Assembly: GCA_964016885.1 (NCBI GenBank)
Contig: OZ024743.1
Location: 337,838,001 to 337,902,000 of the forward strand
Source of the DNA: Eledone cirrhosa
Taxonomy: Eukaryota
Direction: 5' to 3'
DNA length: 64,000 nt
The notes below the pieces were generated by a model. It was not told the DNA's origin. It did no database searches and saw nothing but the letters and a program-made list of their open reading frames with translations. The position numbers and the translations under genes were made by a program. Shown piece after piece: positions 13,001 to 28,100 of this stretch (position 1 is its first letter; every line of letters begins with the position of its first letter).

Positions 13001-16000
13001 CTCTGGCTGGTTATTCTGTCCATGAAGTAGTTGAAGAGGTAGATGAAACAGTAATATACTCTGGCTGGTTATTCTGTCTATTAAGTAGTTGAGGAGGTAG
13101 ATGAGACAGTAATATACTCTGGCTGGTTATTATGTCCATGAAGTAGTTGAGGAGCTAGATGTAACAGTAATATACTCTGGCTGGTTATTCTGTCTATTAA
13201 GTAGTTGAGGAGGTAGATGTAACAGTAATATACTCTGGCTGGTTATTCTGTCTATTAAGTAGTTGAGGAGGTAGATGAAACAGTAATATACTCTGGCTGG
13301 TTATTATGTCTCTTAAGTAGTTGAGGAGGTAGATGAAACAGTAATATACTCTGCCTGGTTATTCTGTCTCTTAAGTAGTTGAGGAGGTAGATGAAACAGT
13401 AATATACTCTGGCTGGTTATTCTGTCCATGAAGTAGTTGAGGAGGTAGATGAAACAGTAATATACTCTGGCTGGTTATTCTGTCTATTAAGTAGTTGAGG
13501 AGGTAGATGAAACAGTAATATACTCTGCCTTGTTATTCTGTCTATTAAGTAGTTGAGGAGGTAGATGAAACAGTAATATACTCTGGCTGGTTATTCTGTC
13601 TATTAAGTAGTTGAGGAGGTAGATGAAACAGTAATATACTCTGGCTGGTTATTCTGTCTATTAAGTAGTTGAGGAGGTAGATGTAATAGTAATATACTCT
13701 GGCTGGTTATTCTGTCTATTAAATAGTTGAGGAGGTAGATGAAACAGTAATATACTCTGGCTGGTTATTCTGTCTATTATGTAGTTGAGGAGGTAGATGA
13801 AACAGTAATATACTCTGGCTGGTTATTCTGTCTATTAAGTAGTTGAGGAGGTAGATGAAACAGTAATATACTCTGGCTGGTTATTCTGTCTATTAAGTAG
13901 TTGAGGAGGTAGATGAAACAGTAATATACTCTGGCTGGTTATTCTGTCTATTAAGTAGCTGAGGAGGTAGATGTAACAGTAATATACTCTGGCTGGTTAT
14001 TCTGTCTATTAAGTAGTTGAGGAGGTAGATGAAACAGTAATATACACTGGCTGGTTATTCTGTCCATGAAGTAGTTGAAGAGGTAGATGAAACAGTAATA
14101 TACTCTGGCTGGTTATTCTGTCTATTAAGTAGTTGAGGAGGTAGATGAGACAGTAATATACTCTGGCTGGTTATTATGTCCATGAAGTAGTTGAGGAGCT
14201 AGATGTAACAGTAATATACTCTGGCTGGTTATTCTGTCTATTAAGTAGTTGAGGAGGTAGATGTAACAGTAATATACTCTGGCTGGTTATTCTGTCTATT
14301 ATGTAGTTGAGGAGGTAGATGAAACAGTAATATACTCTGGCTGGTTATTCTGTCTATTAAGTAGTTGAGGAGGTAGATGAAACAGTAATATACTCTGGCT
14401 GGTTATTCTGTCTATTAAGTAGTTGAGGAGGTAGATGAAACAGTAATATACTCTGCCTTGTTATTCTGTCTATTAAGTAGTTGAGGAGGTAGATGAAACA
14501 GTAATATACTCTGGCTGGTTATTCTGTCTATTAAGTAGATGAGGAGGTAGATGAAACAGTAATATACTCTGGCTGGTTATTCTGTCTATGATCTAGATGA
14601 GGAGTTAGATGAAACAGTAATATACTCTGGCTGGTTATTCTGTCTATTAAGTAGTTGAGGAGGTAGATGAAACAGTAATATACTCTGGCTGGTTATTCTG
14701 TCTATGATCTAGATGAGGAGGTAGATGTAACAGTAATATACTCTGGCTGGTTATTCTGTCTATTATGTAGTTGAGGAGGTAGATGAAACAGTAATATACT
14801 CTGGCTGGTTATTCTGTCTATTATGTAGTTGAGGAGGTAGATGAAACAGTAATATACTCTGGCTGGTTATTCTGTCTATTAAGTAGTTGAGGAGGTAGAT
14901 GAACCAGTAATATACTCTGGCTGGTTATTCTGTCTATTAAGTAGTTGAGGAGGTAGATGAAACAGTAATATACTCTGGCTGGTTATTCTGTCTATTAAGT
15001 AGCTGAGGAGGTAGATGTAACAGCAATATACTCTGGCTGGTTATTCTGTCTATTAAGTAGTTGAGGAGGTAGATGAAACAGTAATATACTCTGGCTGGTT
15101 ATTCTGTCCATGAAGTAGTTGAGGAGGTAGATGAAACAGTAATATACTCTGGCTGGTTATTCTGTCTATTAAGTAGTTGAGGAGGTAGATGTAACAGTAA
15201 TATACTCTGGCTGGTTATTCTGTCTATTAAGTAGTTGAGGAGGTAGATGTAACAGTAATATACTCTGGCTGGTTATTCTGTCAATTAAGTAGTTGAGGAG
15301 GTAGATGTAACAGTAATATACTCTGGCTGGTTATTCTGTCTATTAAGTAGTTGAGGAGGTTGATGAAACAGTAATATACTCTGGCTGGTTATTCTGTCTA
15401 TTAAGTAGTTGAGGAGGTAGATGAAACAGTAATATACTCTGCCTTGTTATTCTGTCTATTAAGTAGTTGAGGAGGTAGATGAAACAGTAATATACTCTGG
15501 CTGGTTATTCTGTCTATTAAGTAGTTGAGGAGGTAGATGAAACAGTAATATACTCTGGCTGGTTATTCTGTCTATTAAGTAGTTGAGGAGGTAGATGTAA
15601 TAGTAATATACTCTGGCTGGTTATTCTGTCTATTAAATAGTTGAGGAGGTAGATGAAACAGTAATATACTCTGGCTGGTTATTCTGTCTATTATGTAGTT
15701 GAGGAGGTAGATGAAACAGTAATATACTCTGGCTGGTTATTCTGTCTATTAAGTAGTTGAGGAGGTAGATGAAACAGTAATATACTCTGGCTGGTTATTC
15801 TGTCTATTAAGTAGTTGAGGAGGTAGATGAAACAGTAATATACTCTGGCTGGTTATTCTGTCTATTAAGTAGCTGAGGAGGTAGATGTAACAGTAATATA
15901 CTCTGGCTGGTTATTCTGTCTATTAAGTAGTTGAGGAGGTAGATGAAACAGTAATATACTCTGGCTGGTTATTCTGTCCATGAAGTAGTTGAAGAGGTAG

Positions 16001-18060
16001 ATGAAACAGTAATATACTCTGGCTGGTTATTCTGTCTATTAAGTAGTTGAGGAGGTAGATGAGACAGTAATATACTCTGGCTGGTTATTATGTCCATGAA
16101 GTAGTTGAGGAGCTAGATGTAACAGTAATATACTCTGGCTGGTTATTCTGTCTATTAAGTAGTTGAGGAGGTAGATGTAACAGTAATATACTCTGGCTGG
16201 TTATTCTGTCTATTAAGTAGTTGAGGAGGTAGATGAAACAGTAATATACTCTGGCTGGTTATTATGTCTCTTAAGTAGTTGAGGAGGTAGATGAAACAGT
16301 AATATACTCTGCCTGGTTATTCTGTCTCTTAAGTAGTTGAGGAGGTAGATGAAACAGTAATATACTCTGGCTGGTTATTCTGTCCATGAAGTAGTTGAGG
16401 AGGTAGATGAAACAGTAATATACTCTGGCTGGTTATTCTGTCTATTAAGTAGTTGAGGAGGTAGATGAAACAGTAATATACTCTGCCTTGTTATTCTGTC
16501 TATTAAGTAGTTGAGGAGGTAGATGAAACAGTAATATACTCTGGCTGGTTATTCTGTCTATTAAGTAGTTGAGGAGGTAGATGAAACAGTAATATACTCT
16601 GGCTGGTTATTCTGTCTATTAAGTAGTTGAGGAGGTAGATGTAATAGTAATATACTCTGGCTGGTTATTCTGTCTATTAAATAGTTGAGGAGGTAGATGA
16701 AACAGTAATATACTCTGGCTGGTTATTCTGTCTATTATGTAGTTGAGGAGGTAGATGAAACAGTAATATACTCTGGCTGGTTATTCTGTCTATTAAGTAG
16801 TTGAGGAGGTAGATGAAACAGTAATATACTCTGGCTGGTTATTCTGTCTATTAAGTAGTTGAGGAGGTAGATGAAACAGTAATATACTCTGGCTGGTTAT
16901 TCTGTCTATTAAGTAGCTGAGGAGGTAGATGTAACAGTAATATACTCTGGCTGGTTATTCTGTCTATTAAGTAGTTGAGGAGGTAGATGAAACAGTAATA
17001 TACACTGGCTGGTTATTCTGTCCATGAAGTAGTTGAAGAGGTAGATGAAACAGTAATATACTCTGGCTGGTTATTCTGTCTATTAAGTAGTTGAGGAGGT
17101 AGATGAGACAGTAATATACTCTGGCTGGTTATTATGTCCATGAAGTAGTTGAGGAGCTAGATGGAACAGTAATATACTCTGGCTGGTTATTCTGTCTATT
17201 AAGTAGTTGAGGAGGTAGATGAAACAGTAATATACTCTGGCTGGTTATTCTGTCTATTATGTAGTTGAGGAGGTAGATGAAACAGTAATATACTCTGGCT
17301 GGTTATTCTGTCTATTAAGTAGTTGAGGAGGTAGATGAAACAGTAATATACTCTGGCTGGTTATTCTGTCTATTAAGTAGTTGAGGAGGTAGATGAAACA
17401 GTAATATACTCTGCCTTGTTATTCTGTCTATTAAGTAGTTGAGGAGGTAGATGAAACAGTAATATACTCTGGCTGGTTATTCTGTCTATTAAGTAGTTGA
17501 GGAGGTAGATGAAACAGTAATAAACTCTGGCTGGTTATTCTGTCTATTAAGTAGATGAGGAGGTAGATGAAACAGTAATATACTCTGGCTGGTTATTCTG
17601 TCTATGATCTAGATGAGGAGTTAGATGAAACAGTAATATACTCTGGCTGGTTATTCTGTCTATTAAGTAGTTGAGGAGGTAGATGAAACAGTAATATACT
17701 CTGGCTGGTTATTCTGTCTATGATCTAGATGAGGAGGTAGATGAAACAGTAATATACTCTGGCTGGTTATTCTGTCTATTAAGTAGTTGAGGAGGTAGAT
17801 GAAACAGTAATATACTCTGGCTGGTTATTCTGTCTATGATCTAGATGAGGAGGTAGATGAAACAGTAATATACTCTGGCTGGTTATTATGTCTATTAAGT
17901 AGTTGAGGAGGTAGATGAAACAGTAATATACTCTGGCTGGTTATTCTGTCTATTAAGTAGTTGAGGAAATAAATGAAACAGTAATATACTCTGGCTGGTT
18001 ATTCTGTCTATGATCTAGATGAGGATGTAGATGAAACAGTAATATACTCTGGCTGGTTAT
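1090..18060. repeat. Tandem duplication of a 146-monomer (8468-bp) higher-order unit
   Basis: Rare variants recur at an offset of exactly 8468: AGGGAGAT at 1843/10311, ATAAATGAAA at 9501/17969, and the T of GAGGAT at 1148/9616. Boundaries are approximate. Confidence 0.92.
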
Positions 18061-21000
18061 TCTGTCTATTAAGTAGTTGAGAAGGTAGATGAAACAGTAA
18101 TATACTCTGGCTGGTTATTCTGTCTATTAAGTAGTTGAGGAGGTAGATGAAACAGTAATATACTCTGGCTGGTTATTCTGTCTATGATCTAGATGAGGAT
18201 GTAGATGAAACAGTAATATACTCTGGCTGGTTATTCTGTCTATTAAGTAGTTGAGGAGGTAGATGAAACAGTAATATACACTGGCTGGTTATTCTGTCTA
18301 TTAAGTAGTTGAGGAGGTAGATGTAATAGTAATATACTCTGGCTGGTTATTCTGTCTATTAAATAGTTGAGGAGGTAGATGAAACAGTAATATACTCTGG
18401 CTGGTTATTCTGTCTATTATGTAGTTGAGGAGGTAGATGAAACAGTAATATACTCTGGCTGGTTATTCTGTCTATTAAGTAGTTGAGGAGGTAGATGAAA
18501 CAGTAATATACTCTGGCTGGTTATTCTGTCTATTAAGTAGTTGAGGAGGTAGATGAAACAGTAATATACTCTGGCTGGTTATTATGTCCATGAAGTAGTT
18601 GAGGAGCTAGATGTAACAGTAATATACTCTGGCTGGTTATTCTGTGTATTAAGTAGTTGAGGAGGTAGATGTAACAGTAATATACTCTGGCTGGTTATTC
18701 TGTCTATTAAGTAGTTGAGGAGGTAGATGAAACAGTAATATACTCTGGCTGGTTATTATGTCCATGAAGTAGTTGAGGAGGTAGATGAAACAGTAATATA
18801 CTCAGGCTGGTTATTCTGTCTATTAAGTAGTTGAGGATGTAGATGTAACAGTAATATACTCTGGCTGGTTATTCTGTCCATGAAGTAGTTGAGGAGGTAG
18901 ATGAAACAGTAATATACTCTGGCTGGTTATTCTGTCTATTAAGTAGTTGAGGAGGTAGATGTAACAGTAATATACTCTGGCTGGTTATTCTGTGTATTAA
19001 GTAGTTGAGGAGGTAGATGTAACAGTAATATACTCTGTCTGGTTATTCTGTCTATTAAGTAGTTGAGGAGGTAGATGTAACAGTAATATACTCTGGCTGG
19101 TTATTCTGTCTATTAAGTATTTGAGGAGGTAGATGTAACAGTAATATACTCTGGCTGGTTATTCTGTCTATTAAGTAGTTGAGGAGGTAGATGTAACAGT
19201 AATATACTCTGGCTGGTTATTCTGTCTATTAAGTAGTTGAGGAGGTTGATGAAACAGTAATATACTCTGGCTGGTTATTCTGTCTATTAAGTAGTTGAGG
19301 AGGTAGATGAAACAGTAATATACTCTGCCTTGTTATTCTGTCTATTAAGTAGTTGAGGAGGTAGATGAAACAGTAATATACTCTGGCTGGTTATTCTGTC
19401 TATTAAGTAGTTGAGGAGGTAGATGAAACAGTAATATACTCTGGCTGGTTATTCTGTCTATTAAGTAGTTGAGGAGGTAGATGTAATAGTAATATACTCT
19501 GGCTGGTTATTCTGTCTATTAAATAGTTGAGGAGGTAGATGAAACAGTAATATACTCTGGCTGGTTATTCTGTCTATTATGTAGTTGAGGAGGTAGATGA
19601 AACAGTAATATACTCTGGCTGGTTATTCTGTCTATTAAGTAGTTGAGGAGGTAGATGAAACAGTAATATACTCTGGCTGGTTATTCTGTCTATTAAGTAG
19701 TTGAGGAGGTAGATGAAACAGTAATATACTCTGGCTGGTTATTCTGTCTATTAAGTAGCTGAGGAGGTAGATGTAACAGTAATATACTCTGGCTGGTTAT
19801 TCTGTCTATTAAGTAGTTGAGGAGGTAGATGAAACAGTAATATACTCTGGCTGGTTATTCTGTCCATGAAGTAGTTGAAGAGGTAGATGAAACAGTAATA
19901 TACTCTGGCTGGTTATTCTGTCTATTAAGTAGTTGAGGAGGTAGATGAGACAGTAATATACTCTGGCTGGTTATTATGTCCATGAAGTAGTTGAGGAGCT
20001 AGATGTAACAGTAATATACTCTGGCTGGTTATTCTGTCTATTAAGTAGTTGAGGAGGTAGATGTAACAGTAATATACTCTGGCTGGTTATTCTGTCTATT
20101 AAGTAGTTGAGGAGGTAGATGTAACAGTAATATACTCTGGCTGGTTATTCTGTCCATGAAGTAGTTGAGGAGGTAGATGAAACAGTAATATACTCTGGCT
20201 GGTTATTCTGTCTATTAAGTAGTTGAGGAGGTAGATGAAACAGTAATATACTCTGGCTGGTTATTCTGTCTATTAAGTAGTTGAGGATGTAGATGAAACA
20301 GTAATATACTCTGGCTGGTTATTCTGTCCATGAAGTAGTTGAAGAGGTAGATGAAACAGTAATATACTCTGGCTGGTTATTCTGTCTATTAAGTAGTTGA
20401 GGAGGTAGATGAGACAGTAATATACTCTGGCTGGTTATTATGTCCATGAAGTAGTTGAGGAGCTAGATGTAACAGTAATATACTCTGGCTGGTTATTCTG
20501 TCTATTAAGTAGTTGAGGAGGTAGATGTAACAGTAATATACTCTGGCTGGTTATTCTGTCTATTAAGTAGTTGAGGAGGTAGATGTAACAGTAATATACT
20601 CTGGCTGGTTATTCTGTCCATGAAGTAGTTGAGGAGGTAGATGAAACAGTAATATACTCTGGCTGGTTATTATGTCCATGAAGTAGTTGAGGAGCTAGAT
20701 GTAACAGTAATATACTCTGGCTGGTTATTCTGTCTATTAAGTAGTTGAGGAGGTAGATGTAACAGTAATATACTCTGGCTGGTTATTCTGTCTATTAAGT
20801 AGTTGAGGAGGTAGATGTAACAGTAATATACTCTGGCTGGTTATTCTGTCCATGAAGTAGTTGAGGAGGTAGATGAAACAGTAATATACTCTGGCTGGTT
20901 ATTCTGTCTATTAAGTAGTTGAGGAGGTAGATGAAACAGTAATATACTCTGGCTGGTTATTCTGTCTATTAAGTAGTTGAGGATGTAGATGAAACAGTAA

Positions 21001-22149
21001 TATACTCTGGCTGGTTATTCTGTCTATTAAGTAGTTGAGGAGGTAGATGAAACAGTAATATACTCTGGCTGGTTATTCTGTCTATTAAGTAGTTGAGGAG
21101 GTAGATGAAACAGTAATATACTCTGGCTGGTTATTCTGTCTATTATGTAGTTGAGGAGGTAGATGAAACAGTAATATACTCTGGCTGGTTATTCTGTCTA
21201 TTAAGTAGTTGAGGAGGTAGATGAAACAGTAATATACTCTGGCTGGTTATTCTGTCTATTAAGTAGTTGAGGAGGTAGATGTAACAGTAATATACTCTGG
21301 CTGGTTATTCTGTCTATTAAGTAGTTGAGGAGGTAGATGAAACAGTAATATACTCTGGCTGGTTATTCTGTCCATGAAGTAGTTGAGGAGGTAGATGAAA
21401 CAGTAATATACTCTGGCTGGTTATTCTGTCTATTAAGTAGTTGAGGAGGTAGATGAAACAGTAATATACTCTGGCTGGTTATTATGTCCATGAAGTAGTT
21501 GAGGAGCTAGATGTAACAGTAATATACTCTGGCTGGTTATTCTGTGTATTAAGTAGTTGAGGAGGTAGATGTAACAGTAATATACTCTGGCTGGTTATTC
21601 TGTCTATTAAGTAGTTGAGGAGGTAGATGTAACAGTAATATACTCTGTCTGGTTATTCTGTCTATTAAGTAGTTGAGGAGGTAGATGTAACAGTAATATA
21701 CTCTGGCTGGTTATTCTGTCTATTAAGTATTTGAGGAGGTAGATGTAACAGTAATATACTCTGGCTGGTTATTCTGTCTATTAAGTAGTTGAGGAGGTAG
21801 ATGTAACAGTAATATACTCTGGCTGGTTATTCTGTCTATTAAGTAGTTGAGGATGTAGATGAAACAGTAATATACTCTGCCTGGTTATTCTGTCTATTAA
21901 GTAGTTGAGGAGGTAGATGTAACAGTAATATACTCTGGCTGGTTATTCTGTCTATTAAGTAGTTGAGGAGGTAGATGAAACAGTAATATACTCTGGCTGG
22001 TTATTCTGTCTATTAAATAGTTGAGGAGGTAGATGAAACAGTAATATACTCTGGCTGGTTATTCTGTCTATTAAGTAGTTGAGGAGGTAGATGAGACAGT
22101 AATATACTCTGGCTGGTTATTATGTCCATGAAGTAGTTGAGGAGCTAGA

Positions 22150-25100
22150 TGTAACAGTAATATACTCTGGCTGGTTATTCTGTCTATTAAGTAGTTGAGG
22201 AGGTAGATGTAACTGTAATATACTCTGGCTGGTTATTCTGTCTATTAAGTAGTTGAGGAGGTAGATGAAACAGTAATATACTCTGGCTGGTTATTATGTC
22301 CATGAAGTAGTTGAGGAGGTAGATGAAACAGTAATATACTCTGGCTGGTTATTCTGTCTATTAAGTAGTTGAGGATGTAGATGTAACAGTAATATACTCT
22401 GGCTGGTTATTCTGTCCATGAAGTAGTTGAGGAGGTAGATGAAACAGTAATATACTCTGGCTGGTTATTCTGTCTATTAAGTAGTTGAGGAGGTAGATGA
22501 AACAGTAATATACTCTGCCTGGTTATTCTGTCTATTAAGTAGTTGAGGAGGTAGATGTAACAGTAATATACTCTGGCTGGTTATTCTGTCTATTAAGTAG
22601 TTGAGGAGGTAGATGTAACAGTAATATACTCTGGCTGGTTATTCTGTCTATTAAGTAGTTGAGGAGGTAGATGTAACAGTAATATACTCTGGCTGGTTAT
22701 TCTGTCTATTAAGTAGTTGAGGAGGTAGATGTAACAGTAATATACTCTGGCTGGTTATTCTGTCAATTAAGTAGTTGAGGATGTAGATGAAACAGTAATA
22801 TACTCTGCCTGGTTATTCTGTCTATTAAGTAGTTGAGGAGGTAGATGTAACAGTAATATACTCTGGCTGGTTATTCTGTCTATTAAGTAGTTGAGGAGGT
22901 AGATGAAACAGTAATATACTCTGCCTGGTTATTCTGTCTCTTAAGTAGTTGAGGAGGTAGATGAAACAGTAATATACTCTGGCTGGTTATTCTGTCCATG
23001 AAGTAGTTGAGGAGGTAGATGAAACAGTAATATACTCTGGCTGGTTATTCTGTCTATTAAGTAGTTGAGGAGGTAGATGAAACAGTAATATACTCTGCCT
23101 TGTTATTCTGTCTATTAAGTAGTTGAGGAGGTAGATGAGACAGCAATATACTCTGGCTGGTTATACTGTCTATGAAGTAGTTGAGGAGGTAGATGTAACA
23201 GTAATATACTCTGGCTGGTTATTCTGTCTATTAAGTAGTTGAGGAGGTAGATGAAACAGTAATATACTCTGGCTGGTTATTCTGTCTATTAAGTAGTTGA
23301 GGAGGTAGTGTAAACAGTAATATAATCTGGCTGCTTATTCTGTCCATGAAGTAGTTGAGGAGGTAGATGTAACAGTAATATACACTGGCTGGTTATTCTG
23401 TCTATTAAGTAGTTGAGGAGGTAGATGAAACAGTAATATACTCTGGCTGGCTATTCTGTCTATTAAGTAGTTGAGGAGGTAGATGAAACAGTAATATACT
23501 CTGGCTGGTTATTCTATCTATTAAGTAGTTGAGGAGGTAGATGTAACAGTAATATACTCTGGCTGGTTATTCAGTCTATTAAGTAGTTGAGGAGGTAGAT
23601 GAAACAGTAATATACTCTGGCTGGTTATTATGTCTATTAAGTAGTTGAGGAGGTAGATGAAACAGTAATGTACTCTGGCTGGTTATTCTGTGTATTAAGT
23701 AGTTGAGGAGGTAGATGTAACAGTAATATACTCTGGCTGGTTATTCTGTCTATTAAGTAGTTGAGGAGGTAGATGAAACAGTAATATACTCTGGCTGGTT
23801 ATTATGTCAATGAAGTAGTTGAGGAGGTAGATGTAACAGTAATATACTCTGGCTGGTTATTCTGTCTATTAAGTAGTTGAGGAGGTAGATGAAACAGTAA
23901 TATACTCTGGCTGGTTATTCTGTCTATTAAGTAGTTGAGGAGCTAGATGTAACAGTAATATACTCTGGCTGGTTATTCTGTCTATTAAGTAGTTGAGGAG
24001 GTAGATGAAACAGTAATATACTCTGGCTGGTTATTCTGTCCATGAAGTAGTTGAGGAGGTAGATGAAACAGTAATATACTCTGGCTGGTTATTCTGTCTA
24101 TTAAGTAGTTGAGGAGGTAGATGTAACAGTAATATACTCTGGCTGGTTATTCTGTCTATTAAGTAGTTGAGGAGGTAGATGTAACAGTAATATACTCTGG
24201 CTGGTTATTCTGTCCATGAAGTAGTTGAGGTGGTAGATGAAACAGTAATATACTCTGGCTGGTTATTCTGTCTATGATCTAGATGAGGATGTAGATGAAA
24301 CAGTAATATACTCTGGCTGGTTATTCTGTCTATGATCTAGATGAGGAGGTAGATGAAACAGTAATATAATCTGGCTGGTTATTCTGTCTATTAAGTAGTT
24401 GAGGAGGTAGATGAAACAGTAATATACTCTGGCTGGTTATTCTGTCTATGATCTAGATGAGGAGGTAGATGAAACAGTAATATACTCTGGCTGGTTATTC
24501 TGTATATTAAGTAGTTGAGGAGGTAGATGAAACAGTAATATACTCTGCCTTGTTATTCTGTCTATTAAGTAGTTGAGGAGGTAGATGAAACAGTAATATA
24601 CTCTGGCTGGTTATTCTGTCTATGAAGTAGTTGAGGAGGTAGATGTAACAGTAATATACTCTGGCTGGTTATTCTGTCTATTAAGTAGTTGAGGAGGTAG
24701 ATGAAACAGTAATATACTCTGGCTGGTTATTCTGTCTATTAAGTAGTTGAGGAGGTAGATGAAACAGTAATATACTCTGGCTGCTTATTCTGTCCATGAA
24801 GTAGTTGAGGAGGTAGATGTAACAGTAATATACTCTGGCTGGTTATTCTGTCTATTAAGTAGTTGAGGAGGTAGATGAAACAGTAATATACTCTGGCTGG
24901 CTATTCTGTCTATTAAGTAGTTGAGGAGGTAGATGAAACAGTAATATACTCTGGCTGGTTATTCTATCTATTAAGTAGTTGAGGAGGTAGATGTAACAGT
25001 AATATACTCTGGCTGGTTATTCAGTCTATTAAGTAGTTGAGGAGGTAGATGAAACAGTAATATACTCTGGCTGGTTATTATGTCTATTAAGTAGTTGAGG

Positions 25101-28100
25101 AGGTAGATGAAACAGTAATGTACTCTGGCTGGTTATTCTGTCTATTAAGTAGTTGAGGAGGTAGATGAAACAGTAATATACTCTGGCTGCTTATTCTGTC
25201 CATGAAGTAGTTGAGGAGGTAGATGTAACAGTAATATACTCTGGCTGGTTATTCTGTCTATTAAGTAGTTGAGGAGGTAGATGAAACAGTAATATACTCT
25301 GGCTGGCTATTCTGTCTATTAAGTAGTTGAGGAGGTAGATGAAACAGTAATATACTCTGGCTGGTTATTCTATCTATTAAGTAGTTGAGGAGGTAGATGT
25401 AACAGTAATATACTCTGGCTGGTTATTCAGTCTATTAAGTAGTTGAGGAGGTAGATGAAACAGTAATATACTCTGGCTGGTTATTATGTCTATTAAGTAG
25501 TTGAGGAGGTAGATGAAACAGTAATGTACTCTGGCTGGTTATTCTGTGTATTAAGTAGTTGAGGAGGTAGATGTAACAGTAATATACTCTGGCTGGTTAT
25601 TCTGTCTATTAAGTAGTTGAGGAGGTAGATGAAACAGTAATATACTTTGGCTCGTTATTATGTCAATGAAGTAGTTGAGGAGGTAGATGTAACAGTAATA
25701 TACTCTGGCTGGTTATTCTGTCTATTAAGTAGTTGAGGAGGTAGATGAAACAGTAATATACTCTGGCTGGTTATTCTGTCTATTAAGTAGTTGAGGAGCT
25801 AGATGTAACAGTAATATACTCTGGCTGGTTATTCTGTCTATTAAGTAGTTGAGGAGGTAGATGAAACAGTAATATACTCTGGCTGGTTATTCTGTCCATG
25901 AAGTAGTTGAGGAGGTAGATGAAACAGTAATATACTCTGGCTGGTTATTCTGTCTATTAAGTAGTTGAGGAGGTAGATGTAACAGTAATATACTCTGGCT
26001 GGTTATTCTGTCTATTAAGTAGTTGAGGAGGTAGATGTAACAGTAATATACTCTGCCTGGTTATTCTGTCTATTAAGTAGTTGACGATGTAGATGTAACA
26101 GTAATATACTCTGGCTGGTTATTCTGTCCATGAAGTAGTTGAGGAGGTAGATGAAACAGTAATATACTCTGGCTGGTTATTTTGTCTATTAAGTAGTTGA
26201 GGAGGTAGATGAAACAGTAATATACTCTGCCTGGTTATTCTGTCTATTAAGTAGTTGAGGAGGTAGATGTAACAGTAATATACTCTGGCTGGTTATTCTG
26301 TCTATTAAGTAGTTGAGGAGGTAGATGTAACAGTAATATACTCTGGCTGGTTATTCTGTCTATTAAGTAGTTGAGGAGGTAGATGTAACAGTAATATACT
26401 CTGGCTGGTTATTCTGTCTATTAAGTAGTTGAGGAGGTAGATGTAACAGTAATATACTCTGGCTGGTTATTCTGTCAATTAAGTAGTTGAGGATGTAGAT
26501 GAAACAGTAATATACTCTGCCTGGTTATTCTGTCTATTAAGTAGTTGAGGAGGTAGATGTAACAGTAATATACTCTGGCTGGTTATTCTGTCTATTAAGT
26601 AGTTGAGGAGGTAGATGAAACAGTAATATACTCTGCCTGGTTATTCTGTCTCTTAAGTAGTTGAGGAGGTAGATGAAACAGTAATATACTCTGGCTGGTT
26701 ATTCTGTCCATGAAGTAGTTGAGGAGGTAGATGAAACAGTAATATACTCTGGCTGGTTATTCTGTCTATTAAGTAGTTGAGGAGGTAGATGAAACAGTAA
26801 TATACTCTGCCTTGTTATTCTGTCTATTAAGTAGTTGAGGAGGTAGATGAAACAGCAATATACTCTGGCTGGTTATACTGTCTATGAAGTAGTTGAGGAG
26901 GTAGATGTAACAGTAATATACTCTGGCTGGTTATTCTGTCTATTAAGTAGTTGAGGAGGTAGATGAAACAGTAATATACTCTGGCTGGTTATTCTGTCTA
27001 TTAAGTAGTTGAGGAGGTATAGTAAACAGTAATATAATCTGGCTGCTTATTCTGTCCATGAAGTAGTTGAGGAGGTAGATGTAACAGTAATATACTCTGG
27101 CTGGTTATTCTGTCTATTAAGTAGTTGAGGAGGTAGATGAAACAGTAATATACTCTGGCTGGTTATTCTGTCTATTAAGTAGTTGAGGAGGTAGATGTAA
27201 CAGTAATATACTCTGGCTGGTTATTCTGTCTATTAAGTAGTTGAGGAGGTAGATGTAACAGTAATATACTCTGGCTGGTTATTCTGTCCATGAAGTAGTT
27301 GAGGTGGTAGATGAAACAGTAATATACTCTGGCTGGTTATTCTGTCTATGATCTAGATGAGGATGTAGATGAAACAGTAATATACTCTGGCTGGTTATTC
27401 TGTCTATGATCTAGATGAGGAGGTAGATGAAACAGTAATATAATCTGGCTGGTTATTCTGTCTATTAAGTAGTTGAGGAGGTAGATGAAACAGTAATATA
27501 CTCTGGCTGGTTATTCTGTCTATGATCTAGATGAGGAGGTAGATGAAACAGTAATATACTCTGGCTGGTTATTCTGTATATTAAGTAGTTGAGGAGGTAG
27601 ATGAAACAGTAATATACTCTGCCTTGTTATTCTGTCTATTAAGTAGTTGAGGAGGTAGATGAAACAGTAATATACTCTGGCTGGTTATTCTGTCTATGAA
27701 GTAGTTGAGGAGGTAGATGTAACAGTAATATACTCTGGCTGGTTATTCTGTCTATTAAGTAGTTGAGGAGGTAGATGAAACAGTAATATACTCTGGCTGG
27801 TTATTCTGTCTATTAAGTAGTTGAGGAGGTAGATGAAACAGTAATATACTCTGGCTGCTTATTCTGTCCATGAAGTAGTTGAGGAGGTAGATGTAACAGT
27901 AATATACTCTGGCTGGTTATTCTGTCTATTAAGTAGTTGAGGAGGTAGATGAAACAGTAATATACTCTGGCTGGCTATTCTGTCTATTAAGTAGTTGAGG
28001 AGGTAGATGAAACAGTAATATACTCTGGCTGGTTATTCTATCTATTAAGTAGTTGAGGAGGTAGATGTAACAGTAATATACTCTGGCTGGTTATTCAGTC

